Origin: Nitrospirota bacterium
GTDB taxonomy: Bacteria; Nitrospirota; Thermodesulfovibrionia; Thermodesulfovibrionales; JdFR-88
Length of the DNA stretch: 64,000 nt
Assembly (NCBI GenBank): GCA_021813405.1
Contig: JAKAKS010000024.1
Location: forward strand, 53,642 to 117,641
Direction of reading: 5' to 3'
The notes under the pieces are model-generated. The model was given only the letters and a program-made list of their open reading frames with translations. It was not told the origin of the DNA and ran no database searches. A program made the position numbers and the translations under genes. Positions 34,436 to 43,880 of the stretch are shown in pieces. Position 1 is the stretch's first letter. Every line of letters starts with the position of its first letter.

Positions 34436-35821
34436 CTACCCCGCCCTGGCCAGTATCTCCCGCGCGGCGATAACGCCGGAGCCGGAAGCCTGCACAAGCC
34501 CCCTGCTTACCCCGGCGCCGTCGCCAATTGCGAAAAGATTTTCGATCTCGGTTTCAAGCTTGTCAGTCAACTTCGGGCGCATCGAATAGAATTTCACCTC
34601 CACCCCGTACAAAAGCGTATGCCTGGAGTTCACGCCCGGTGCCAGATTATCCAGCGCGTCAAGCATCTCGATAATATCGCTTAAATATCGGTAGGGGATG
34701 ATAAAGCTCAGGTCTCCGGGGGTGGCGTCCCTTAAAGTGGGCACCACAACGCCCCGGCTTATCCTCTCCGGTGTGGAACGCCGCCCCATCATCAGGTCGC
34801 CAAGCCGCTGCACTATAACCCCTCCGGCAAGGAAATTTGCCAGCATGGCGATATGCCTGCCGTACTGCACGGGCTCATGGAATGGCTCCGTAAATTTCGT
34901 GCTCACCAGCAGGGCGAAGTTTGTGTTCAGTGTTCTCCGCCCGGAATAGCTGTGCCCGTTTACGGTCCAGACGTCTTTAAGGTACTCCTTTACCACCTCT
35001 CCGTAGGGGTTTACGCAGAAGGTGCGCACCCGGTCGTCAAACATCTTTGAATGGAAGATGAGCTTTGGCTCATAAGTTATGCTTGTAAGCGGCTCCATGA
35101 CGGCGGCTGGCAATTCCACGCGCACACCCACGTCCACCGGGTTTTGAAGGGTTGAAAGGCCAAGCCTTTTTACTTCCTGCTCCAGCCACTTCGATCCCTC
35201 CCTGCCAGGCGCAAGTATCACGAAGTCTGCACTTATCGTCCCGCCGGATTTCAGGCGCACACCAGCAGCGCGCCCTTTTTCAACAATCACGCTTCCGGCC
35301 TCGGCCCCAAAGGCAACATCCACCCTGGCATTTACGTGCTCTTTCATCTTCCGGAGCACGCCTTTTGCCTTGTCCGTGCCTATGTGCCTGATTGGCGAAT
35401 GGACCAGGTAAAGCCCGTTTTTCATTGCCTGGCTGGCAAGCCCTTCTATCCGTTCGGCATTCTCTCCGTAAAGCTCTTTAGGCGCTCCGAAACGGAGATA
35501 GATTCCGTCCACGTATTCGATAAGCTTTTTCAGTTGGTCTGGCTGGAGGTATTCCTTTAAAAAACCGCCAACATCGGGCGAGAGCGAGAGTTTTCCGTCG
35601 CTAAAGGCTCCTGCGCCGCCCCAGCCTGAAAGAAGTCCGCATTCCGGGCAGGCCGTGCAGGAGATGTCCCTTGTCTTCATCGGGCACGCCCGGCGTGAGA
35701 TGTCCCTGCCTTTTTCCACCATGAGCACTCTAAGCCCGTTTTTTTCAGCCAGCTCGATAGCGGCAAATATTCCGGCAGGCCCGGCGCCTACTATTAAAAC
35801 ATCATAGTGTTTTTGTTTCAT
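34436..35821 (-). CDS. FAD-dependent oxidoreductase (COG2509-like)
   Basis: YDVLIVGAGPAGIFAA dinucleotide fold, a Cys-rich insert (CPMKTRDISCTACPECG) and a C-terminal GDGAG. Confidence 0.65.
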   Translation of the reverse strand: MKQKHYDVLIVGAGPAGIFAAIELAEKNGLRVLMVEKGRDISRRACPMKTRDISCTACPECGLLSGWGGAGAFSDGKLSLSPDVGGFLKEYLQPDQLKKLIEYVDGIYLRFGAPKELYGENAERIEGLASQAMKNGLYLVHSPIRHIGTDKAKGVLRKMKEHVNARVDVAFGAEAGSVIVEKGRAAGVRLKSGGTISADFVILAPGREGSKWLEQEVKRLGLSTLQNPVDVGVRVELPAAVMEPLTSITYEPKLIFHSKMFDDRVRTFCVNPYGEVVKEYLKDVWTVNGHSYSGRRTLNTNFALLVSTKFTEPFHEPVQYGRHIAMLANFLAGGVIVQRLGDLMMGRRSTPERISRGVVVPTLRDATPGDLSFIIPYRYLSDIIEMLDALDNLAPGVNSRHTLLYGVEVKFYSMRPKLTDKLETEIENLFAIGDGAGVSRGLVQASGSGVIAAREILARAG

Positions 35822-36220
35822 TCAGCCGTGCAGGAATTTGATAATGGCCCGGCGGTGCCGCGGGCCGTCGAACTCGCAGAAATAAATGGCCTGCCATGTG
35901 CCAAGCGCAAGCTTTCCGGAGTCCACCGGCACACATACGCTGGAGCCAACCATGCTGGATTTTATATGGGCGTCCGAATTGCCTTCCTTGTGATTATAAC
36001 CTGCTTCATACGGGACCATGCGGGAGAGGCTGGTTATTATATCGCGCTGGACGGACGGGTCCGCCCCTTCATTGATGGTTACCGCGGCGGTGGTGTGGGG
36101 GATGTATACAAGGCACATGCCGTCAGTAACCCCGGACTCCGTGAGCGCCGCTTCAACCTCGTGGGTTATGTCTATAAACTCGTTTCGCTGCCTGCTGCGC
36201 ACGTTAATGTATTTGATCAA
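35822..36220 (-). CDS. YjbQ/UPF0047 family protein
   Basis: HTTAAVTINE ... NSDAHIKSS ... GTWQ pattern. Confidence 0.8.
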   Translation of the reverse strand: MIKYINVRSRQRNEFIDITHEVEAALTESGVTDGMCLVYIPHTTAAVTINEGADPSVQRDIITSLSRMVPYEAGYNHKEGNSDAHIKSSMVGSSVCVPVDSGKLALGTWQAIYFCEFDGPRHRRAIIKFLHG

Positions 36221-36239
36221 GCGTGCCGCCTCCGCGTTT

Positions 36240-37265
36240 TTAGCGCAAAACGTTTTTCAGCTCTTCGTAAAAACCTGCCTCTGTCTGGAGCGCAACCTTA
36301 AGCACGCAAAGGTTCCTGATGCCGGGCACCCCCCCGCGTCCAAGCCTCATTATATCCTTTTCCGTGGTGACAATCCATAACCCTTCCGGGGATTTTTTTC
36401 TGCCCTTGCGCTTTATCTTCCTTTCAAGCCTCCTTACATCCCGGGCGGAAAACCTGTGATGGTCCCCGAAGCGCACGAATCCGGCTATATTGGCCCCGGC
36501 CTCAAGCAGAGTGCTTTTAAACGAGTTAGGCTCGCCTATGGCGCAGAAGGCAAACACGTCGCGCCCCTGCAACCATCCAGCCGGATACTCTTCCCCGGTT
36601 TCCACGTTGGTGATGCCTGTTGCCTCATACCAGGCCGGAAACACCCTGGCCCTGCGGTTCCATTTGCGTATGCCATCCAGCATGCAATTGGAGACTTCCC
36701 TGCACTTGGTAACCAGTATCATATCGGCGCGCGAGATGGCCCTCGGGGTTTCCCTGAGCCTGCCCACCGGCAGGCATTTATCGTTATAGAAGGGGTCGGT
36801 TGAGCTTAAAAGCAGTATGTCCAGGTCCCGGTGCAGCCTCCAGTGCTGGAAACCGTCGTCCAGTACAAATACATTGGGGCGGGGCTCCAGCGCTGCAAGG
36901 GCGTAAAGGCCGCCCCAGTACCGGTCACTGTTTTTTATGACGGGGATGTTTGCCCCGGCCGCATGGAATTGCCTCAGCATCAGGAGGGGCTCGTCACCGG
37001 CATCTATCGCGCTCATGCCCGGCCTGATGATTACAGGGCCTGCCAGCTTGCCCTTATAGCCCCTGGTAAGCACTGCGGGCCTGAAGCCCGGCTTTGCGGC
37101 CAGTTCCAGCGCAAGCGCCACCGTGGCTGGCGTTTTGCCAGTGCCCCCGGCGCTAAGGTTCCCAATGCTTATTACACGGGCCGGAAGTTTTTTGCGCCGC
37201 CTGAGCCCGAGCTTTTTGGAAATCCATTGCCCGGCCAGATATGAGCACTCCAGAACGCCTTTCAA
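36240..37265 (-). CDS. lpxK: Tetraacyldisaccharide 4'-kinase
   Basis: P-loop GNLSAGGTGKTP, LpxK size, and lipid A operon context. Confidence 0.85.
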   Translation of the reverse strand: MKGVLECSYLAGQWISKKLGLRRRKKLPARVISIGNLSAGGTGKTPATVALALELAAKPGFRPAVLTRGYKGKLAGPVIIRPGMSAIDAGDEPLLMLRQFHAAGANIPVIKNSDRYWGGLYALAALEPRPNVFVLDDGFQHWRLHRDLDILLLSSTDPFYNDKCLPVGRLRETPRAISRADMILVTKCREVSNCMLDGIRKWNRRARVFPAWYEATGITNVETGEEYPAGWLQGRDVFAFCAIGEPNSFKSTLLEAGANIAGFVRFGDHHRFSARDVRRLERKIKRKGRKKSPEGLWIVTTEKDIMRLGRGGVPGIRNLCVLKVALQTEAGFYEELKNVLR

Positions 37266-38539
37266 TTCAGTAGCCTTTCCATCAAATCAAGTGTCCTTTT
37301 CACCGCTCCGGCCTCGGCCAGGCAGAACTCGCGAGCTCTTTTCCCGGCTTCCAGGCTCAGGGCCTTGTTATCGAGCAATCTTTCAAGTATACCGTAAAGT
37401 CCCTCTTTTTCGGTCTGAAATGCGCCTCCGGATGCAGTCATGCGCGCCATGAACGGGAAATTGCCCATGTGCGGGCCGCATATCACGGGTACGGCCCACC
37501 ATGCGGGCTCAAGAGGGTTTTGTCCGCCGTGCGGAATGAAGCTGCCGCCCACTACTGCCGCGCTGGCCGCCTGATAGGCGGAGAAAAGTTCTCCAACCGT
37601 GTCCAGAAGAGCTGCTTTAGAGCTGGCAATCTCCTGGGCGGACGGGGGTGCGGAAGTTCTGAAATAGGAAAGCCCGGCGGCCTCAAGCAATGCGGCTGCC
37701 TCCGGCGCCCTCTGCGGATGGCGCGGCGCAAGCACAAGTCTCAGGCCGGGGCGGACTGCCTCAAGCCTCCGGAAGGCCGATATCACCAGTTCCTCCTCGC
37801 CTTTATGGGTGCTGCCCGCCACTATCACCGTCCCCTGGAATTTTTCAAGCCACTGCGGCTTTTTTATCGCCGCGGAAATTGCCGCAGACGGCCCAGTATC
37901 CGGCAATATTTTTGATAACGGCAGGTCAAATTTAAAATTGCCGGTTATATGTATCTTGTTTTCACCGGCCCCAAGCATGGCGGCCCGTTTGGCGTAAACC
38001 TCATCCTGCACGCACACCATGCGCATCATGCCGAAGATGCGCTTCATGAACAAACGGGCTTTTTTATATCCGGAGAAGGATTTTTCCGATATCCTTCCAT
38101 TCAGCATACAAACTGGTATTTTCTGCGCCCATGCAATTCTTACTGTGTTTGGCCATATCTCCGTTTCCACAAGACACAGGCAAGCCGGCTTTAATTGCCC
38201 CAGCGTTTTTTTTATTGAGAAGGGCAGGTCAAATGGCATATATACAACCGGAACACCGGGCAGCCGTTTCATGGCCATTTCCCTTCCGGTATCCGTTATG
38301 ACGCTCAGGACCACTTCTTTTCCTCGCCCCCTCAGCGCCTGCACGAACGGTACGGCGGCTGCAACCTCGCCCACCGAGGCCGCGTGCACCAGGAAAGCCC
38401 CGGTGGCGGGCCTGGTTTCCAAAAATCCCAGTTTCTCCCGAAGCCATACCTGCCTGGCCTCCGGCGCTCTCTTGAAGAATTCCCTTGGCAGAAAGAAGAC
38501 CAGGGCAGCGCTGTAAAGGACCCCGTAAAGGAAGAACAA
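37262..38539 (-). CDS. waaA: 3-deoxy-D-manno-octulosonic acid (Kdo) transferase
   Basis: N-terminal membrane anchor, a WaaA-like GT30 pattern, and a 4-nt overlap with lpxK. Confidence 0.8.
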   Translation of the reverse strand: MFFLYGVLYSAALVFFLPREFFKRAPEARQVWLREKLGFLETRPATGAFLVHAASVGEVAAAVPFVQALRGRGKEVVLSVITDTGREMAMKRLPGVPVVYMPFDLPFSIKKTLGQLKPACLCLVETEIWPNTVRIAWAQKIPVCMLNGRISEKSFSGYKKARLFMKRIFGMMRMVCVQDEVYAKRAAMLGAGENKIHITGNFKFDLPLSKILPDTGPSAAISAAIKKPQWLEKFQGTVIVAGSTHKGEEELVISAFRRLEAVRPGLRLVLAPRHPQRAPEAAALLEAAGLSYFRTSAPPSAQEIASSKAALLDTVGELFSAYQAASAAVVGGSFIPHGGQNPLEPAWWAVPVICGPHMGNFPFMARMTASGGAFQTEKEGLYGILERLLDNKALSLEAGKRAREFCLAEAGAVKRTLDLMERLLN

Positions 38540-38548
38540 TCTTTTCCC

Positions 38549-39832
38549 CTATTCCGGGTCCCCGAAGAGTCCGGGCTGCACCGGTTTGCGGTAAGCTGAA
38601 TCGGGCTGGTCCTTCCGGGCTGGTTTCCTGGGGGTTGATGCAGGCGGGGGCGGATCTTTGGGGACAGGGCTGGAAGGATTGCCGCGCTGATCATTTTCCC
38701 CCATTAGCTCCAGTGCCATCTGCGCAACCCGTTTTGAGGCGTGTTTGCCTTCAAACTGCTCCCTTATGCTTTCCATGCGGCGCTTCATCAATCCGGAGTA
38801 ATCAGGGTCCCCGATAATCTTGCGTACCTCTTCCATGATTATGGAGGGTTTGGCCCTGTCCTGCAGGAACTCCCGTACTATCATGTCACCGTAAAGGATA
38901 TTTACAAGCGAGACGTATTTTACCTTCACAAACAGCCTGGCCGTGTAAAACGTGAAGGGAGAGAGTTTGTAGAACACTGCGGCCGGTTTTCTCATGAAGG
39001 CCGCCTGCAGCGCGGCCGTTCCGGATGCCACTATGGCTGCCTCCGAGACGGAGAGCGCTTTCAGGGACATCGCCCTTTTTATGATGGCACCCTGTGCCCT
39101 CAGCCTTCGCAGTTCCGTTATGAATGGCTGGGTATCCAGGTTGGGCGCAAGCGGTATCACGCATTTCCAATCCGGGTATTCCCTGGAGAACATGTCCAGA
39201 AACCCGGAGACCAGCGGCAGATGTTTTTTTAATTCGGACGGCCTGCTGCCAGGCAGTATGGACAGCACCGGCGTGTCTTCATCTATGCCGAATTCCTTTT
39301 TGGAGATTTTCCCAGGCGGCATGGCTGCGATCTCGTCCAGCACCGGATGGCCTACAAACTCATGCGTTATGCCCGCCTTTTTATAAAGCTCTCCTTCAAA
39401 CGGCAGTATGAGGGCTGCGCGGTCCACAAGCCGGGCCATTTTTTTTATCCGGCCGGCCCGCCAGGCCCAGAACTGCGGGCTTACGTAATAGAGTATCTTT
39501 ATCCCTTTTTCGCGAAGATGGGCGGCGGCCCTGAAATTGAACCCCGGAAAATCTATTAGCACGGCCACTTTTGGCTTCAAGGTGTCCGCCGCTTCAAGCA
39601 GGGCCTTCATGGAGGCTTTCAGGTCCTTTAAATGAGAGGCGGCCTCTATCAGCCCGAACGCCCCGGAGACCCCGGCCAGAAGGTGCACGCCTTCAGCCTT
39701 CATCAGGTCCCCGCCAATTCCGTACAGCCCGGCATCAGGCCGCAGTTTTTTAATCTCCCGGGCAAGGAGCGCCCCAAACAGTTCACCGGAAGACTCGCCG
39801 GCTATTATGAATATCGGCGCTGGCCCGGCCAC
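38549..39832 (-). CDS. lpxB: Lipid-A-disaccharide synthase with a Pro-rich C-terminal tail
   Basis: IIAGESSGELFGA N-terminus and a GT19 pattern. About 50 extra C-terminal residues are rich in Pro and Lys. Confidence 0.85.
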   Translation of the reverse strand: MAGPAPIFIIAGESSGELFGALLAREIKKLRPDAGLYGIGGDLMKAEGVHLLAGVSGAFGLIEAASHLKDLKASMKALLEAADTLKPKVAVLIDFPGFNFRAAAHLREKGIKILYYVSPQFWAWRAGRIKKMARLVDRAALILPFEGELYKKAGITHEFVGHPVLDEIAAMPPGKISKKEFGIDEDTPVLSILPGSRPSELKKHLPLVSGFLDMFSREYPDWKCVIPLAPNLDTQPFITELRRLRAQGAIIKRAMSLKALSVSEAAIVASGTAALQAAFMRKPAAVFYKLSPFTFYTARLFVKVKYVSLVNILYGDMIVREFLQDRAKPSIIMEEVRKIIGDPDYSGLMKRRMESIREQFEGKHASKRVAQMALELMGENDQRGNPSSPVPKDPPPPASTPRKPARKDQPDSAYRKPVQPGLFGDPE

Positions 39833-39838
39833 CTGAAC

Positions 39839-40945
39839 TTAGTCGCTTTCCGCTATTTTTTCGGCAATCATTTCCACGTCGGAGTCTGCTATCTCCGGGC
39901 AGATGGGCAGCGAAAGGACCTCGCGCGCGGCCTTTTCGGCCTCCGGGAAATCGCCTTCCTTGCAGCTCAGAAAGCGGAGCGCGGGCTGCATATGCAAGGG
40001 GACAGGGTAGTAGATCATCGAGGATATACCGGCCTCCTGCAGTTTCTGCCGCAGGTTGTCCCGATGGGGATGCCTGATAGTAAACTGGTGGAAGACGCTG
40101 TGGTACGAAACCCCGTCGCCACCCGGAGGCGGGCATAGTATGGAGCGGCTGCCGGACAGGATTTTTGTATAGAGCGCGGCCTTGTGTCTTCTTTTGGCGT
40201 TGTAATCTTCTATGCGCTTCAGTTTTACAAGCAACGCGGCCGCCTGCAGCTCGTCCAGCCTGCTGTTGTAGCCAAGGACTTCGTGCATGTATCCGCCGCG
40301 CGAGCCGTGGTTTCTTAATATCCGCACCTTAGCCGCCGTCTCGTCATCCTGCACGGTGACAAGCCCGCCATCGCCGATGCCGCCGAGGTTTTTGCTGGGG
40401 TAGAAGCTGAAGCATCCGGCGTCCCCTATCGCTCCGGTTTTTTTGCCGTTTATCGAGGCCCCGAACGCCTGCGCGCAATCCTCTATTACCTTCAGCCCAT
40501 GCTCTTTTGCAAGCTCGCCGATGCGTCCCATATCGGCCGGGTGGCCAAAGATGTGAACTGGCAGGATGGCCCTGGTCTTTTTTGTAATCCTGCGGGCCGC
40601 TTTTTCCGGGTCCATATTGAAGGTAACGGGGTCAATGTCCGCCAGCACGGGGACAGCCCCGATATAAAGTATTGCCTCGACTGTGGCGAAGAATGTAAAC
40701 GGGGTTGTGATTACCTCGTCACCGGCCTTTATATCCAGCGCCTTGAGGGCAAGATATAGCGCATCCGTGCCGGAGGCCACCCCTATTGCGTGCCTGGCGT
40801 CCAGGTATTCAGCCGCCCTGTGTTCGAACTCGTCAACCTTCTTTCCAAGGACGTATTGTCCGCTTTCCACCACTTCGGCCAGCCCCGAGAGTATTTCGCC
40901 CCTGATCTCTTCGAGCTGCTTCTTAAGGTTCACCATCGGGATCAT
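39839..40945 (-). CDS. DegT/DnrJ/EryC1-family sugar aminotransferase (GnnB-like)
   Basis: DegT-type fold pattern. AGGAGA Shine-Dalgarno sequence before the ATG at 40945. It sits between a Gfo/Idh/MocA gene and lpxB. Confidence 0.75.
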   Translation of the reverse strand: MIPMVNLKKQLEEIRGEILSGLAEVVESGQYVLGKKVDEFEHRAAEYLDARHAIGVASGTDALYLALKALDIKAGDEVITTPFTFFATVEAILYIGAVPVLADIDPVTFNMDPEKAARRITKKTRAILPVHIFGHPADMGRIGELAKEHGLKVIEDCAQAFGASINGKKTGAIGDAGCFSFYPSKNLGGIGDGGLVTVQDDETAAKVRILRNHGSRGGYMHEVLGYNSRLDELQAAALLVKLKRIEDYNAKRRHKAALYTKILSGSRSILCPPPGGDGVSYHSVFHQFTIRHPHRDNLRQKLQEAGISSMIYYPVPLHMQPALRFLSCKEGDFPEAEKAAREVLSLPICPEIADSDVEMIAEKIAESD

Positions 40946-40955
40946 GAGCGGTCTC

Positions 40956-41867
40956 CTATTGCTGATCAGGACGCCTTGCGGCATCCGATATTCTGAGGGC
41001 CAAATCCAGGGCCCCCCTTGCCTCTTTCGGGCTTACCCTTGGCGCTGTGCGTCCGCCAACGCATTTTATGAAATCGGCCAGTTCCTCTTTAAGCGGCTCC
41101 GTGGCCGGGGACTCGAACTCGAAATCCCCGCCGGGTGTTTTCAAGAAAAGTTTCTTGGACATGAAGTCCGCCGTGAATATCCTGTTTTTCTCTACGAACT
41201 TCATCACCCGCTTTTTATGCGCGCAGACGCGGCTGGCGCTGAAAAACGCAGAGTGGCCGCTTGTGAAATCAACCCAGGCCTTTACGGTGTCCAGCTTGTC
41301 CGTGAGGATGCTTGCGCCTGCGGCCTTGACGGACTTCACATCCGGGCAGCCAAACGTGTGGAGGACTATGTCTATGTCATGGATCATCATATCCAGGGTT
41401 ACGTCCACGTCCGTGGACCTGGCCGGAAAGGGCGATACCCGTTCGGCCTCGATGAAGGTGGTTTGCCCCAGTCTCTGGTACGCCTCTTCCAGCACCGGGT
41501 TGAACCTTTCCACATGCCCTGCCTGAAGGATAAGCATTTTTTCAGCGGCCATTTTCACAAGCCTGTCCGCCTCGTGGAGGTCCAGGCAGATGGGCTTTTC
41601 AAGCAACACGTCCTTATTCAGCGCGAAGCAGTCAGCTGCTATCTGGTAATGCGTGACCGTAGGGGTAACAATGCTAACCGCGTTCACCAGCCCAAGGATG
41701 TCCCTGTAATCGCGGCAGGCCCGCCCCCCGTATGCCGCGGCCACCTCGCGGGCGCGCGCCTCGTCGGTATCGGCAATGGCGGCAAGCTCCACCCCTTCCA
41801 TGGTGGAATATATCCTTGCGTGATGCCGGCCAAGATATCCGGCCCCTATTACGGCTACTTTCAACAT
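40956..41867 (-). CDS. Gfo/Idh/MocA-family NAD-dependent oxidoreductase (GnnA-like)
   Basis: Rossmann N-terminus MLKVAVIGAGYLGRHH. I prefer the start at 41867 over the TTG at 41921. Confidence 0.7.
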   Translation of the reverse strand: MLKVAVIGAGYLGRHHARIYSTMEGVELAAIADTDEARAREVAAAYGGRACRDYRDILGLVNAVSIVTPTVTHYQIAADCFALNKDVLLEKPICLDLHEADRLVKMAAEKMLILQAGHVERFNPVLEEAYQRLGQTTFIEAERVSPFPARSTDVDVTLDMMIHDIDIVLHTFGCPDVKSVKAAGASILTDKLDTVKAWVDFTSGHSAFFSASRVCAHKKRVMKFVEKNRIFTADFMSKKLFLKTPGGDFEFESPATEPLKEELADFIKCVGGRTAPRVSPKEARGALDLALRISDAARRPDQQ

Positions 41868-42021
41868 TTTTTTATTGTCAAGACAAAGGATATTTTGCCG
41901 TATAGCATTGAAAACAAGCAAGTTTTGCCGATGGCTTGTCTGTCTTTTTACAAGCTTGACGGCATGGGCAGCCTCGCCTAGAATGGGTTTCAGGGAAATT
42001 CAAGGGCGTTCCCCCGCGTAA

Positions 42022-42969
42022 ATGCTGAAAAAACCAATCCCGTCCATATATGCGCTGCTTCTATGCCTGTGCGTTTCCGTTTGCCAGGCCTGGGGCAAGG
42101 GGGCAACCACCGGCAGCTGGGCCTTCGATTCCGAAAATACGGTAATAGGGTTTCCAAGGACTTATGTAATTAAGGGCGGCGAGTCCCTTGTCGAATTGGC
42201 GCCTGAATTTGACGTTGGGTATAGCGAAATAGTGGAGGCCAACCCCGGTGTGGACCCCTGGGTGCCGGGGCGCGGCACGGTGATTAATATCCCGTCATTC
42301 AAGGTGCTTCCCAACGCCCCGCCGGAGGGGATAGTGATAAACCTTGCCGAGATGAGGCTTTACTATTATTTCAAGCCTCAAGATAAAAGAAAAAATGGCA
42401 TGTTTCAGGATGATGATCTGCGGATAATCAGCTTTCCTGTAGGGATCGGGATGGAAGGCTTCAATACGCCCATAGGCGAATTTTACGTACAGCAGAAGAT
42501 AAAAGATCCGGCATGGTATGTGCCCGAATCCATCCGGAAAGAACATCCGGAACTTCAGGCGGAAGTTCCCCCCGGCACTGATAATCCGCTTGGGCCTTAT
42601 GCGTTGAGGCTGTCTGATCCGTCATACCTTATCCATGGCACTAACAGGCCATTTGGTATCGGAAGGATGGCAAGCCATGGCTGCATAAGAATGTATAACA
42701 AGGACATAAAGCGCCTGTTTAACATGGTGCACCGGGGGACGCCAGTGAATATCATTTATCAGCCGGTAAAGGTGGGCAGGAAGGACGGCAATATATATCT
42801 GGAGGTCCACAGGGATTATCTTTTAAAGTTACGAAATCCGGGTAGCGTAATAAATGCGCGTCTTGATGCGTTGGTAAATTTTCTGCCGGTAAATAAAAAA
42901 CTCCTCAGGCAAACCCTGAAAAATAAAACGGGGATGCCCGTGATGATCACGGAGCACCCCCGGTTTTGA
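42022..42969 (+). CDS. L,D-transpeptidase (YkuD domain) with LysM-like domain
   Basis: Signal peptide, LysM-like YVIKGGESLVELAPEF...INIP, and catalytic HGTN...SHGCIRM. Confidence 0.85.
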   Translation: MLKKPIPSIYALLLCLCVSVCQAWGKGATTGSWAFDSENTVIGFPRTYVIKGGESLVELAPEFDVGYSEIVEANPGVDPWVPGRGTVINIPSFKVLPNAPPEGIVINLAEMRLYYYFKPQDKRKNGMFQDDDLRIISFPVGIGMEGFNTPIGEFYVQQKIKDPAWYVPESIRKEHPELQAEVPPGTDNPLGPYALRLSDPSYLIHGTNRPFGIGRMASHGCIRMYNKDIKRLFNMVHRGTPVNIIYQPVKVGRKDGNIYLEVHRDYLLKLRNPGSVINARLDALVNFLPVNKKLLRQTLKNKTGMPVMITEHPRF

Positions 42970-42975
42970 ACCGGT

Positions 42976-43359
42976 TTATTTTCTCTGCCTCAACTCAAAG
43001 GCTTTTTCGCATTTTTTGGCCGCCTTCTCGCATTTAGTCTCTGCGGCCTCAGCCCGCTTGGCTGCATCATTGGCCGCCGCCGCTGACACGTCGGCTTTGG
43101 AGACGGCATCGTTTACCGCATTTTTGGTGTCCGCCAGTTCTTTTTTCAAATTGTTGATCTCGGCGTCCTGCTGCCCTGTCTTCGTTTCCAGTTCGGCCAC
43201 TCTCTTGTCAAGATCGTCCATGCGTGTCTCAACCCTGGCAAGCCTGTCTGAAAGCGGCTGGCTCTGCTGCATTACATATGATTTTGTGGCGCAGCCGGCC
43301 AGAATGAAGGCAAGGATGATTACCGGCGGCAATTTTCTTGAAAACGGCCTGATTCCCAT
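42976..43359 (-). CDS. Lpp/OprI-like alanine-zipper outer-membrane lipoprotein ending in Lys
   Basis: Lipobox LAGC, a coiled-coil Ala/Lys/Glu-rich body, and C-terminal ...ELRQRK (compare OprI ...SRK and Lpp ...YRK). Confidence 0.6.
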   Translation of the reverse strand: MGIRPFSRKLPPVIILAFILAGCATKSYVMQQSQPLSDRLARVETRMDDLDKRVAELETKTGQQDAEINNLKKELADTKNAVNDAVSKADVSAAAANDAAKRAEAAETKCEKAAKKCEKAFELRQRK

Positions 43360-43535
43360 GCTGAACCCCCTTTTTTTGTAATTGCTCTGAATTAAAATAA
43401 ATAGGCGGAGCTTTTGGACTATAAAGATTATAGGCCGGTTTCAGGGGGTTGGCAATTACGGATATTTCGAATTCTTTATGAAAAATGAGATCGTTGGCCG
43501 GGTGCTTTCAATAATCTGGTATACTTTGAGCAATT

Positions 43536-43880
43536 ATGCATGAGGCAGGCATTGCCATGAGCATAATCGAGACTGCGGCGGCCCATCTTGAAAAGTCCGG
43601 TTATGGCAAGGTGGATTCCGTATCGGTGCGAATTGGAGCGGCAAGCGGGGTGGTGCCGGAATGCCTCAGGTTCGCGTTCAATGCCGCAAGGGCCGGCACG
43701 CCTCTTGAAAACGCAGAGCTGCTTATAGAGGAAGTCCCCGTCAAGGGATTATGCCCGGCTTGCGGCAAATCCTTCATAACGGAGGAGAAATACTTCCTGT
43801 CCTGCCCCGGTTGCGGTCAGCCTGTAGTGCGTATGGTTGCGGGCAGGGAACTGGACATCATGGAAATCGAGGTGTCATGA
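43536..43880 (+). CDS. hypA: Hydrogenase/Ni-enzyme maturation nickel metallochaperone
   Basis: MHE N-terminus and the CPACG...CPGCG zinc site. Confidence 0.9.
   Translation: MHEAGIAMSIIETAAAHLEKSGYGKVDSVSVRIGAASGVVPECLRFAFNAARAGTPLENAELLIEEVPVKGLCPACGKSFITEEKYFLSCPGCGQPVVRMVAGRELDIMEIEVS

Noticed and set aside
40683-41981. 432-aa plus-strand ORF
   Set aside because: It is antisense to the gnnB-like and gnnA-like genes, has no recognisable motifs, and has Arg/Gly/Pro-rich shadow composition.
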